64,000 bases of DNA from Sphagnum compactum (lineage: Eukaryota). Positions 37,290 through 50,380 of the stretch are shown here, piece after piece (within the stretch, counting starts at the first letter, position 1; the number at the start of each line of letters is the position of its first letter). Below the pieces are notes generated by a model that saw only the letters and a program-made list of their open reading frames with translations, was not told the origin of the DNA and did not search any database. The translations under genes and the position numbers were made by a program. Where the stretch lies: assembly GCA_965153455.1 (NCBI GenBank), contig OZ234493.1, positions 16,668,213 to 16,732,212 on the forward strand, given 5' to 3'.

Positions 37290-39320
37290 AACCTATATCG
37301 TCTTCATTTTCTTCCATCACTATTCCTTCCATTTCCATGAAGTCTTACATGGACATTGTACGTGCTTGACCATCATCTAGCCAATTTTTATAGATGCTCA
37401 CAAGCATTTCTAGATTTTTTATGCCCAATTTGGACCATCACATGTTTATGCATGTATCAGCAACATTGAATACCTTTTCAGTCTCAATTTGTGACCCAAC
37501 AATCCCTAGAATCTATCGAGCCACAAAAACAACATAAGAAAATTGTGATTCATGAAGCTTTCACCATGCAAGTAGGTTTTTGCATTCCTCATCACGTACC
37601 TTCCTAATTCTATAATGGCTTAGTTGTTCCTTGACCACTAATAAAACCATTTATTTGTTAATTTCCATTAGGTCATACAATGACCCAACTCCATAATTGC
37701 TCACTTTAAAATTAGTCAATGTAGAGGGGGCAACAATTTCACTTACAATAGATGGGTTCAAAAATTTATGAACATGAACCAAAAACGAAAATAAAACATA
37801 CCTATCATATTCACCTACAATTAGAGCAACTTTCTCCTTCCCAAAATACTAAACGACTAGCCTTAGGCCTTTGAATCGTGGGTCTAACATCATACACAAC
37901 ATATTATGAGCTTTGCGTTCTTGAAAGGATATCAAAAATGAAAGGAAGGGTTGAAGAACAATTACCACTTGCTTTTGCATATGTTGCCGCAAAACTTGAA
38001 ATTTGGCATCAAAATCCTAAGTTTGTGAGGAATCATGTACCAAACATTGTACCTACATTTTGATGACTAAAGAAACTGCAACAACAAGCACATCAAATAA
38101 TAACCAATATCCTTGACTTTGGTTAACAACACATTGGGTAACAACAGGCCCCAATGTATTTGAAACAATTTGGGCTACAATCCAAACCTAAAGGTTCGGC
38201 ACACATCCTTATAGGGCCATAGACTATTATTGTCCATAACAACATACAATTGTGTTCTTAAATTCTAGCACGTCTCTTGGAATAAAATCACTTTTGAAGC
38301 AAATATTGTCTTCACTAGAGTTTTTAACTTGTGTGGACGTATGCCCATATCCAAACAAGTTTTTTGCCATTCTTAATACCCTTTTCCATTTTTTTTTGTT
38401 GAGATGACGGTTTTCTACAAAATAGATTAACATTTTTTTATGGAGATTGATGTTAGTCCAATAGACATTTTAGTGTCATTTGTTGCATACTAGCAACATT
38501 TAGACATTGCATGCCCCCAACAACTCCTTATAAATGGTGTTGTCAACCCTAATACCTCGCAAGAAACAACAAAAGTTAAGGCAGTGGTCACAGTACTTAG
38601 ATTGTTGCCTTCATCTTTTACATATGCAAGGATCTTAACATTCAATCCATATGTTGATAACATTTCATTCACTTATATGGCCATGGCAGCCTTAAAGGTT
38701 TCCGCAATCTCAAACAAGCCGGATTATTACATGACCAGGCTCCCAATTGTGGTTCAAAAACTGAAACAATCAAAACAAAAATGTTCACTTCTCCTCTTGA
38801 TATCCATAAATCAAAACTCGTCGTGAAAATATCACAAGCTTCAACAACTTCAAAAATGAATTTATTTTTGGTCTTTTCAACTAACTTCAACAAGATGTCA
38901 TTCATTATTTAATGCCTTGATGGGAAAAAAACACGAGGATTTTGCTTCAAAATTAACCTTTTAAGGAATGGTGATTCAACAAAAGACAAAGGCACCAATT
39001 CTTTAGTAATGAATAGGACTAGATCCTTTTCAAATTGAATATGTTTGGGATTATTCTTATTATAAGTCCGAGTAATACTTCCAAAGAAAGATGTAATGTT
39101 GGACGGGGTGGGGCCAAACCTTTTTTTTGCTGATCTTCTATAGATCCCAACCCAACAACCTTCTCTCGTTCAATCCAGTCAGTCCATATTTTCTGATGAC
39201 TTGTCTCCAAATGTTTTCGAAGTGTTGAAATTTTATTGGCAAACTTGTAGTTAATGATGCCGCCCTTTCTAAGTCCTACATGTGCAATAGCAACATGGTA
39301 ACACAAAAACACATCTCAAT
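37290..39320 (-). pseudogene. hAT transposase pseudogene (BED finger, DDE core, dimerisation domain)
   Basis: FLCYHV...KISTLRKHLETSH; TTSFDLWISRG; KILAYVKDEGNNL; SCWGHAMSKCC; ILGIVGSQIETEKVF. Multiple stops. Confidence 0.88.
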
Positions 39321-39719
39321 TGCTTAAGTTTATTCGTGATATAATTTTGTAGGTGCTAAATATGGTATTCCATGAATAAATTAATTAGTTATATATCACT
39401 ATTGGGTCCTTGTCTTATTCCATGAGAATGAGTACCATGTAAACATATGAACTAGGACAACACTCAATCCATTCTAATTTTGGAAAATAATTCTAGTAAA
39501 TCCACATGCAATGCTAAAACACAATAAAATTGAAGAAAGCACATCTTTCAATTTCATAGAAACAATGTTCCCCTTTCCTTCCTCTCATAACTCCTATGCT
39601 TATTATTTCTTTGTAGTAGATCAACAAAACCATAAAAATAATCACCATCAGAACCCCTTTCAATTTAGTCGAAATGTTTTTTTATATTCCTTGCAAAACG
39701 GTTATAACTACCTAATTGT

Positions 39720-42700
39720 TTAGCAAATCAACTTGCCACAAATCGACTACATTGTGCTGCCATAACGATATGTTGCCATACCGATTTGCCTATATTGTCA
39801 TACCGATTTGCCTACTCTGTTATTTTGACTTGTCTATACATATCAACTTGCCTCTCTACTTACTAGTCTATATCCTTTTCCTAACATTATTCCCTTTTTA
39901 ACTATTGTAGTGTCCCCACACAGCAACTAAGTGTTCCAAATCTGGTTAAGATGTCCATTACTCTGAGCATAGAATGTCATTCGAGCATGGGTAAAATAGT
40001 TGTCTATCTCATTGTAAAACAACTCTGTACCATCCTTGGTTGTTGTAATTTGCTCACCCCTCACATACTAATTGATTCAATTAGGTTTCACTTGGTGAGG
40101 AAGGCATTGTTGATAGTGTGCAATCTTACCAATTTGTGCTCGTTTTGTTAATTAATCCACTAGGTGTCAAGTGCGCAAAATGGCTACTTGTAGGTAAAGT
40201 GCATCATGGCCAAGGTGAACACCTACTACATAAAACTTTGTGAACTCACAATTCATTCTCCACATGATTGCTTCCATTGCACGATCTCCCAGGTTGGTGA
40301 GGCAAATTAACTATTAGTAGCAATCCATCATTCATGCTCAACATGAATTCAATTTACCACATGGTCTAGGATAGTCTCCATTCGCATCATGGCAAAAGTT
40401 GGTCTACTGGAGACAACAATTTGGTGCCAATGGAATATTCATGATAGGCATATTCCAACCTATAATAATACTTCAAAGCATAGAGCCCCGTGCAGCCCCC
40501 CTCGAAATCTAATACTCCATATCCTCTTGGTTAATGGTACTAGATGTAACAACATATTATGTTGTAAGTTAGGAATTCTCTCCACTCCAAATCTTCTATA
40601 GCCCACATTGCTAGAAACTGCCTTTCAGTGATATGACCTCCTAATAATGGGCAGTGTTATTCCTACCCTTAAAGAAGTCTAAAAATGATGCAGAAGCTAA
40701 TATGTTTCTGGGTTTGGGAGCAATGGCAAATCATACTCTAACTCTAGCATCATATGCACCATATCATTTTTAGAATACGGCTTGACATTTGCCTTTTCTA
40801 TTAAAGTTGGATGCTCCAACCTGGGAGCAATAGCTCCATAGATCATCTTCTTCATCCTGGACTCTACCCACTCCCCATCCATGCTAGTAGTTCGATCCTT
40901 GTTTTCCACTTTTTGCTATTTTGTTTTACCCTTGTCTATAGGATCTACTACTATTTCTTACTTCCTTATCAAATTCTTGATAAGTGTTGTTTCATCCCCA
41001 TCCTTTTTTTGATAAGGAGACTTGCTTTGCCTCTTCTTGAGTTGTTTTTTCACTAACAACCTCCATTATGTCTTCTTATTTTTTGTCTTTCTTTTCCAAT
41101 TGTTGAATATGCTCATATGCAACATCAAGGGCATTGGTGTACTTCCTTGTTTGCTTGAAATGCCATCTTTTGAACTTTGCTTTAACCTCCTCCAGTAGCT
41201 CACCCATCTCTATTGGAATTTTTTAACAAGTTCATCATATAATGTGACTTTGTTTTCGTTTTCAGTGGCCACACTTTCCCAATTATTGGTGGTTTGCAAA
41301 GTAAGTAACTCCACTTTACCTTGTGCCACCTGTAATTCCTTCAATAATTTCTTTTCCTTTTGCCACTAGAAGTTTTTGATCCTTGTGATGAGTTTCACAA
41401 GCATTCTCCACAATTGCTAATTGAGTATTCAATTCCTCTTCTCGCTAGTGCAGAACCTCATCCATTCTCTTCAATTATTCATACAGGTTATGTTGTTCAT
41501 TTCTGAGTGTTTTGATTTCCTTGTTCCTAAAGTCGATTTCTGCATCAACTTTTGTGATGATCTCTTGATGATGTTTTAATCCTTCTTTCTTTTCTGTCTC
41601 TACAATTTCTTTAGCCATTTTGTATTCCTTCATAATTGTCTCCTCTTGAGTATGTGATTTCATGAGTTTTTAGTGTAGTTATTTGATTTTCTTCTCTGTT
41701 TCCTTCAACAACCTCTCCTAGTTTGTTTTGTCATGTGTTAGCTAAGCTTCAAGATGGAGGTTCTTATTCTATGCTTCTACTAAAGCTTCAACTATCCCCC
41801 TCTTCTCATTTTCTAGAAAAATAACTCTTGCCTTCAACTGAAACATTTATTCTCTTGGAATCCTTTGGCTTTTTCCATAAAATGTTTTCTCTACTTGGTT
41901 GCTAGTTGCTTCTATGTTTCCTCTAGTTGCTTTGCCATCCTCTCATTTTCCTTTTGTAGCTCTTGAACTTCAGCATTTTTCTTCCTAATTTTATGTGCCA
42001 ACATCTCCAATTTCTTAGCCGCTACATCTAAGTCCCCATTAGTGGATGCACTATTTTCCATAACCACTAACTCCTTTGCCATATCATTAGTAGCTTCTTG
42101 CCATTGCTAGTCCATCAATACTAATGCCCTTGCATGCAGTTCTTCCTTTCTGTGCTGCATTTTTTCTTCCTAGTGTTGTTCATCTTCTTTGTTTGTTCAC
42201 CTTCTTCAAGTTGCATTAACATCTCCTTTTCTAACTGTTGATGAAATGGCTCTTGTACTGCAATAATTTCCACATCCTCATCTTCCAAGTATTGAAATTT
42301 GTCATCCTCTCCTCTAGTGACTACCTCTTTCACTCTTCCCTTTTCCATCTCCATATTTATTGGAACATTTTGCATACCCTATTTTTCTATCAATTGCGTC
42401 TCTACTTCCACAATGGGTACCAAGGATTTGGCCATTTTCTCACTAGATATTTCAACATTCTTCCTTCCAATATCATTCAAAATGTTTGAAGCTTTAGTAA
42501 CTTCACGAGGATTCCCCTGTTAGCTTAGAGATACCTCCATAATCATTTGTTATACCTGTGATCTCCTTACTTGTGGTTATAGTCAATTTGTTCTTCTTCT
42601 TGTGTACTAGTAGGATTGCATTAATGTCCACAATCATTTTCCCCCTCCTGCTTTGGTTTTTCTTCCTAGTCCCAATAGACTATTCTTTTTGTGGCTCCCA

Positions 42701-42800
42701 CTGCTTCAAGAAATAATGACCAATAATGGTCAAAGCTGGTTGGACTAAGGTATTCCCAATTTTCCCTGCCCTGTGCTGAATGGCAATAATCTCATTTTGC
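39720..42800 (-). pseudogene. Long degenerate coiled-coil ORF of unknown family inside the hAT element
   Basis: Collinear minus-strand E/K-rich fragments at 42121-42375, 41475-41663 and 40697-40909 (e.g. KEIVETEKKEGLKHHQEIITKVDAEIDFRNKEIKTLRNEQ), then a globular-looking tail (DLEWREFLTYN...LEYAYHEYS). Many stops. Confidence 0.55.
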
Positions 42801-44723
42801 AACTTTTCAGAAAGCTAAACAACCTAATTAACCTTATCCTTCTTTGCTACCAACATTGTTGAAATTAGAAACCTTGATGGAGATGACACAAAAATAAACA
42901 AAAACAAAAACCTTAGGGACCTGACTTTTTAACTTGATGAAGACTAGAATGCAAGCGAAGAAGAAAACTAGAGAAGCGCAACCTGCAATGGAGATGAAGA
43001 ATAAAGAATAAAGATTAGAGTGTGAGGTGATGGTGATGAAAACAAAATGTAGGAAGGTGGAAAGGTTCATGGAGACAATGACACAACTAAAAAGTGAAAC
43101 CTGAAGTGCAAGCACTGAAAACGTGATGGAAACAACAAACACAAAAAAAGACACGAAAACAAAAACACTAAATTGAAACCAGAACCGGACTTTTGAGAAA
43201 TGTCGGTTCTAGTTCCGATTCTAAACCTTAACCTTAACCGACCCAACCAAGTCTGGTTATCAACTTTTAAAAAAAAATCCAAGGTTTGGTTTTTAGGTAG
43301 GTTCCCATCCAACCTAGAACTGAGGGTAGGTTCTTATGTCAATTCTCGCACCTTGCGGTTCCTCAATTCCGGTTATTTTTAGGTTTCAACACTTTGAGTC
43401 GATTCCGGTTTGAATATTAGGAACCGGAATCGGAACTTGAACCAGCAGTTCTAACCTGCCAAAGTGGTTAAGCCCAACACTGGTATGTAGTATGTAGGCC
43501 TGTGCCTGGTCTCAACACTTGTACCAGGACCTAACCAAGATGACATGGGGCAATGTCATCTTTAACCTGGTATTTAGGGTCAATTGCTTTCTTTGTTTCT
43601 AGTACTCAGTATCTAATAGGTAGATGATTTACATGTTATCTTGATATTTAAATAAGTACTACTACTTATTTAGAATAGTCACCAACACACTCATAAGAAA
43701 GACAAAATGTGTGAATTGGATGCTTTTAGAGGGTGGTTTCTTACAAATGCCTATAATTTTTTGTTCACAGATTTTATCATTAGAGAGATGAAATATTTAA
43801 CATCTTCATCACCTCCAGGTGGACATTTAGAAATTTTCATTTGATGATTTTTTGGATTATTTAATGATGAAACTGACCATAGGCTAGGGGAGTCATCATT
43901 GTTGATATATCAATGGGGGAAAAGCAATTTCACGTCCTATTCAAGGTTAGTGTATTTTAAAAAACAATTAATTTTTTTTCATCTTGCATTATACTCAAAC
44001 TGTCAACTTTATTGCTGCATTTTCTTTCTTTTATGAAAGACTTTATTATATCAAAACAATTTTCACACATAAAAATAGAATTTTAGAATGGCTTTCAAAT
44101 TTCTAGAATAATGATAATTAAGAGCTATGTTTTTGTTGTCGTGACCAACTTGCCATTGGACATGCATGGCTGACTCGTTGAATTGGCCTAAATTAAAATT
44201 TGAAATGCTCATGTATACAACTTCTAATCATGTTAATCAAGACCCTTTTTGCACATACTAAAGCAAAGCGCATTATGCATATGGTGAAGTCAAAATATGC
44301 ACGTAAAAACCATGTTTGAAAGCTCTTTACAGTATTTAGAATACCAAATCAACGATAACAAAGAAATTTGTCTTGTTAAGATGAATCATTCTCCACAAGA
44401 CATGTGGGGACATCTCAATCCATTGAGCTCGATTTTGAATTCCCCAACACATGAAGTACCAAAAGCCCGACAACATGAAGAGTAAGTTGGACATGTTTGT
44501 TTTCCCACTTGGGGTCCAAGCACATATGCATAGCCATGTACAATGAGAGTTTTTGTTTCCAAACATTTTTGGGTAAAAAGTTGTTCTTTCTCCTCATTCT
44601 CAGCTCTTTTATATATATTTTAAAACCAGTGTTGTCTGCCACTATTGAGGAGAACCTCTGGTCTTTATTCTATATATATATATGTTTTTGATGAAACCCT
44701 TGGGTTCTAGTTGGAAGTATTTT

Positions 44724-45036
44724 TTATTGGCATTGCCTACCAAGGCAAGGATATTGCGCTTAGATTCATTATAGAGTATAGTAGCTGAAGGGATTTTGGC
44801 TCCTAGGTAGTACGTCTATTTTTATATGAGGATTATTGAAAGATGATATTTTTGGCTTGTGTTGAACCTTGAGATTAGTTATAGAGTTATAATAACTTGA
44901 AGGCTTTTGGTTTCTTTTAGAGGATTTTTTGAAGATTATATTTTTGCATGGTGAAATATTTGAGTTTCCATGATTCTTCTTTTCCCTTAAGACACTTTTT
45001 AATGTAAATGGCAGGGCCATAGTGTGACACACCCCC
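44724..45036 (+). mobile_element. ~300-bp repeat, copy D
   Basis: TTATTGGCATTGCCTACCAAGGCAAGG ... GGCAGGGCCATAGTGTGACACACCCCC. Confidence 0.85.
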
Positions 45037-45992
45037 TTGTTGTTGGATGTAAACTGTGCTCTGGGTTTGAGACTAATTCTGCAAATTGCTATTTATCCTT
45101 TGGTTCTGGATTCCTTTACCAAATAATTCAAATTGGATGTGCTTTTGAAAACCGGGTCCAATTCCACAAATTGGCCCACATCTAGCTAGAAGATTGCATG
45201 GAGTTTCAATGTTGTACGATAAATCTAAAATCATCATATAGTTGAGAAGTACAACCTAGTTCCAATTCATTCAAAAAAGTAATAATGGTTGCTTAGAAAT
45301 AGCCCAAAAAAATGTAACTTACTTGCTTAGGAACCCAAATTTGCATTAACAAGGTGTGCAAGCAACTAAGTTCCAGTTTAGGGCTGATTCTAATTTTCTG
45401 GTTCCAACAAGAGGTTAATTCCAAGTCCAATTCTAATGTTCTGGTTCCCACCAAGAGGCCAGATCCAAGCCCAATTCTGCAGAACTTGCAGTCCAAGTAC
45501 TTGAAAACTGGAATAAATGTTTTTAGCCCATAACTCTGAACCCACCCAACATAGAATCAAACTAAAGTGTAGGGTAACACCCAAGGAGTGGACGGAAAGT
45601 AATGACTTAGTGTTGTACGTAGGTACCTACTCACTAGAGTGGTGATGTGCAAGAGCGACCTACAGTAAATGCATTAAAAGAAATGACGAGCAATCTTTTA
45701 TGCGTGCTTGGTAGGTACGTAAAAATCCCAAAGGAAGAGTCTCATCTTTTCGTAATCGTAAGTAAGTTAACCCAAACCCACTCTTCCAGGCCACGCGGCG
45801 CGATACCCAACCACTAGAACGAGCGGTGGGGAACTGTCCGGCTCGGTCATTGGCTACGGTGCGGTAGCCCCTGTGAGATGTGGCCAGTGGGTGGAATAGA
45901 TATGTATTGAATATCTCTACACTGTACAGTAAAAAGTAGGTTCCTCCCTAGCCTACAATATGGGATAGATATGTAGGTAGTAGGTTCCAGGC

Positions 45993-46240
45993 CTGTTTTT
46001 ATTGGCGAAATCTCGTCAAGAAAAGAAATTAAAATGAAAATTTCAAAAAATAAAGAATTGATTCTGGTGGTTTTCAATCGCCAAAAGTGATGGAAAAAAA
46101 ATTTAAATTTCACTAGATTTACATATTTGGTTTTCATTATTTAGCCAAAAATATACAAGGATGATTAAATATCTGTACTTCATATTTGGCTAAATCTTCC
46201 TATGGATGATAGTCACTTTGGCTACAAACAAAAATTCCTA
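45993..46240. mobile_element. Short AT-rich interspersed repeat (related copies at about 22690-22800, 26050-26220, and inverted at 49590-49870)
   Basis: Shared motifs TTTGGCTAAATCTTCCTATGGATGAT and AAGGATGATTAAA recur across the window. Confidence 0.6.
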
Positions 46241-46499
46241 CTGGTTCTAGTTACCTTCTGGCCCCCCTAATAGGTAGCTACAAAAGGACTGCTCGGTGCT
46301 GGCTCGCCTGTTCGTTCTGCAATGTAAGAGCATGTCCACCAACGCTTAGTATGTGACCCTGCCCTCGACATCTTAGAGGAGTGAGTTTCATTAGTGGAGT
46401 ACAGTCAATCCTCTGGAAGACTGCTGGGACCCTGAACATGTATGTACAGCTTTCCAGCGCCTTGGAGGAGCCCTAGACGAGTCTAATAAATACAGTCAA

Positions 46500-46870
46500 A
46501 TCGTATTTATTGATTGCTCTCTGTTTCTGATTGGCTAGATAGTTTGATTGGTCCCAGTGGGTTGCTCTGCGTACTCTCCCACCTACTTGCAGTCCCACTT
46601 TCAGTTTTATGGGTGGGGTTGAAAAACATTAGTAACTAAAACTTGAATGTGAGAAACATTACTGAGCGGTGGTGGAGTATGTGACGACCGATCAGTATGT
46701 GACCCTGTGAAAATATATTTCACATCCAAGTTTTGGTTATGTACTCTTTTCCAACCCCACCCATAAAACTGAAACTCGGACAGGAAATAGGTGGGGGACT
46801 ACTAATAGCAAAGCATCTGGACCAATCATTACGATGGGCCAATCAGACACGCTGAGCAGCATTTAGATCA
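46500..46870. repeat. Head-to-head inverted repeat, arms about 160 bp, spacer about 50 bp
   Basis: TTTCAGTTTTATGGGTGGGGTTG (46598) vs CAACCCCACCCATAAAACTGAAA (46752); similarity extends through the GACCAATCA/GCCAATCAGA motifs. Confidence 0.85.
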
Positions 46871-47396
46871 TATTTATTACACTATTTTCTGTAGGTGCAC
46901 AGCTCTGCTTCACCATTTACCATGGCGCAATGGGCCAAAACCAATTTCCTGAGCCAAACCGGCATACGTTAGATTTTCATCATCCAATTTTACTGTGCAG
47001 GATCACATAGTGAGCACCATTGGAGATGCTCTACGTAACAAGGAAGTTCTTCCTAGCCTAGAGTATGTAGGAGATAGGTACCTTCTGGCCTGTAGTACGT
47101 ACAAAGGAACAGGTTGGTTGGCTGGTTAGTTGGGTTTTGTGTACCTTGTCTCTGGTTTGGCGACCGGGATTCATTGGGGAACAACTTCCCAAAAATGAGT
47201 GACCTTTTTGGAGACCCCAGTCTGGTTGGCAGCTTGGAGTCTCTTGTTCCCCGACTTGGTATCCAATCCGGTCACCGCTGAGGTGCACTCCCGGCAACAA
47301 ACTTCTGGTTGGGAACAGCCGGACATCAGGGTCCACTCATTCGGGATTTGGATCTGCCTCTCGCCGTCCACAAGTTTAGATCTTTTGGTGGAATGC

Positions 47397-47812
47397 GTGC
47401 TTGCTTGCTTGGTTTCTGGCCCCACCCTTTTTTTCTTCCTTTCTTATCTCCCTCTTCCCGGCGATGATCAATCTCTCTACTGAATTGTTGCAGTAAGAAT
47501 CTCGTTAGTTAGTCAGTTAGCCAGCCAGATGATCCATTTCGAGCTTCTGCCTGCACCTATCATCAAAGTGCGGAGGCGAAGATTTGTTTGCAGTGGCTGG
47601 AAGAAGCAATGTTTTTTTTCAAATTGGTGGCTTGCTTGCTTGCTTTCTGGTCCCACCCTTTTTTCTTCCTTTGTCTACTGAATTGTTGCTGCAGTAAGAA
47701 TCTTGCCAGTCAGTCAGCCAGGCAGATGATCCAGTTCGAGCTCCTGCCTGCACTTATCATCAAAGTGCGGAGGTGAAGATTTGCATGCAGTGGCAGGAAG
47801 AAGTAGTGTGTT
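47397..47812. repeat. Tandem duplication, 2 x about 190-220 bp
   Basis: GCTTGCTTGCTTG..TTCTGG.CCCACCC ... GATGATCCA.TTCGAGCT.CTGCCTGCAC.TATCATCAAAGTGCGGAGG.GAAGATTTG occurs twice. Confidence 0.9.
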
Positions 47813-50380
47813 ATTCTTTGTCAAATTTGTGAGGTAAGTGGGTTGCAGACCATTCAGAAGAGGACTGAGCCGAATTTGACTACAGGTCAGAGAGAACAGT
47901 AATTTTTAAAAAAGATTCCTTCTATATTTTGACCACAAGGTTGGAGTTTTTAAAATTTAATATTCCACCTATATTTTGAGCACATGTTGAAACCTATTGT
48001 CTAAATATGGCTACTGTAGAATTTTTTTCCTCATAATGTGGGGACTTGGGCCCATTTTTTTCCCCAAAAAAAGTCCTTCGTATCATTGTCACCTCTTTTT
48101 TTTTGGGTCTCCAGATGCAAAAATCCCCACCTAAAACAAACTGGGAAGAACTTCTGGAGCAAGAGAGTGTATTTCGAAGCACACAGGAAGGAATCCAGAC
48201 CATCTTTTTTCCTGCGCCAAACTTTCAATTGTGCGAGTGTAACTTGTGCCATTGGCCCAGGTGTAAACTCGTTACCCAACTAATTTTCCCTTCTCAAACC
48301 ATTCTTTGGTAATTTATTTTCAATGACCAGAAATGCTCAAAAGTTAACATCTCTCGTACCTTATGTCTAAAAAATTTCAAATTACCTACACTATGTCCTA
48401 CTCACTGAGAGCTTTCCAACAATACCAAGAGCATGCCCAAATTCCCCTTAAAGTTTGCATTTTGATTTAAATGAAATTTCAATGAAAGTTTTGTTCAATA
48501 TTCAATATAACTTCTCCACCATGGGTGGAAACACTAGTATGAAACCAACTCAATGACCCGTACCCATCCTCATCTAGGGCTTTCAAATGGGTACTGGCTT
48601 GGGAGATCTCAACCTGACAAACAAAACAAACAAACAACCTTCCTTCATAGATAGATAGGTAATAACTTCCGACTGTGGGCTCTGCACTATGGATGCATGC
48701 TGATGAATTGAGGTTGCCGATGCCATGCTGTAAAAGGACATGCTTTTTCAGTGGACTCTTTGCCTCGTCATGTAGGAGGATTGGCGCAGGCTCTTTTGGA
48801 TTGGAGAGTGATCTATTGGCTTGGCCTTCATCGCCTTCTACTTACTAAGCGTAATTCTGATTGGAGATCGGCACATCCAAGATGCAAAAGGGAGTGCCAC
48901 AACTCTAGTGTGGAAGTCAGTGTTTGCAGGACGGCTGCTGGACGGCTGGTATGGGTTCGCGTAAGGTGGGCCACGCAAGAGCAAACGCGTGTCATGGTGA
49001 CTGCAAAAGCGTCAAGAAATCTGTGTCAGTGCTTGGTCGTTAGTCGTTACCATATTAGCGTCTCATTATTGTTCGCTGCTCCTCCGTGATCATCATCATC
49101 ATCCCCTCGACACAAACTTGTCAAATCTCTTGAGTCTTGGGGTTCCTGTTGCCAAGCCCAGAAAACAATCGGGGGTTCAAAAGCAGCTGTGTTGGGTTAT
49201 GGTGTTTGGTTTTTTTTTTTTTTTTTTTTTTTCTAACTTTTGTTTCTGTAGAGCTAGTAGACCTATCTTCAACAATGGGAGTTTTAGCTAAAACCATTTT
49301 GCTGTTAGGGTGCTTGTTGTTGAGCTTCTCACCTAACAACATACTTTGTCAACAATGATTTAAAATAACATAACTTGCGAACAATAGTTAAAATATAAGA
49401 GATTGTTTGAACACCAAAATCTCGTTTTGTTAATATTTAAAATTCAATTATGTTTTTGATTATGTGATCCTCAAGGGTGAAGTTTCAAATACCCCAATTT
49501 CATTTCATTTTGTTATTTACCTCATGATTATTCTATAAATTATTACAACTCAAATGCTTTTCCCAGTGAGCAATGTTTTGTTTTTAGGAAATTTTTTATG
49601 GAGCCTAATTGATGATTGTTCATAAGATTCAGCTGTAGAAAAGTGGTCATAATCCCAAGGAAGATTTAGCCAATTCTGGCTATTAACCAAATTTGACGAA
49701 CAAATGTTTAATCATCCTTCTATATTTTAAACTACTTACTAAAACTAAATAGAGCACTTTGGTAAATTTTCCTTTGTTTTCCTTGACTTTGGGCAATTGG
49801 AACCAGTGAAAACAGCATTGTTTCAGAATTTTTAATTTTTTAATTTCTCCTTTTTGACAATTTTTTGCCATAAGGAATTAGGTTGCCTCAATTTCATTTC
49901 AGTACTTATGATTATTTTGCCAAATTTTATACCTCAAACACTTCCCCAATAAGGAGTTACATCTCTTAACATCAAGACTGATGAAGGGTAAAAGTTCAAT
50001 CCCATAACCCAAACCTTACTCTCATTATTGTAAAGTCCAAAAGTGAGGAAGTCTTCATAAGAGTAAATTTTGAATCATCAATGACTCTATGCTCAATCCA
50101 ATTATACAACCAAGTGGGCATTCGATAGAATTGTTTATTGAAATAATCGATTATTGTGCAATAATAATCAAAAGATAATCACCCGCCCTAATCAAAGCTC
50201 TTGAATATTGAATAATGCATGCACATACATATATACATATGGTGAGTGCATACATTTCAATACATAGATTACATTAATACATACAACTGAATAGATATGT
50301 CTATATGTTGGCTTATAATTTTTATTGTTACATTTGTTTGTCAACGTTTTTAATAGAAATAATTGTATTTTAGGAATAAT

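Larger units (their letters stand above)
35884..43482 (-). mobile_element. Large decayed hAT DNA transposon (boundaries approximate)
   Basis: Ends TGGTGTTGG... and ...CCCAACACTG; GGTTCC/GGAACC subterminal arrays at 35910-36300 and 43170-43460; transposase inside. No clear TSD. Confidence 0.6.
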
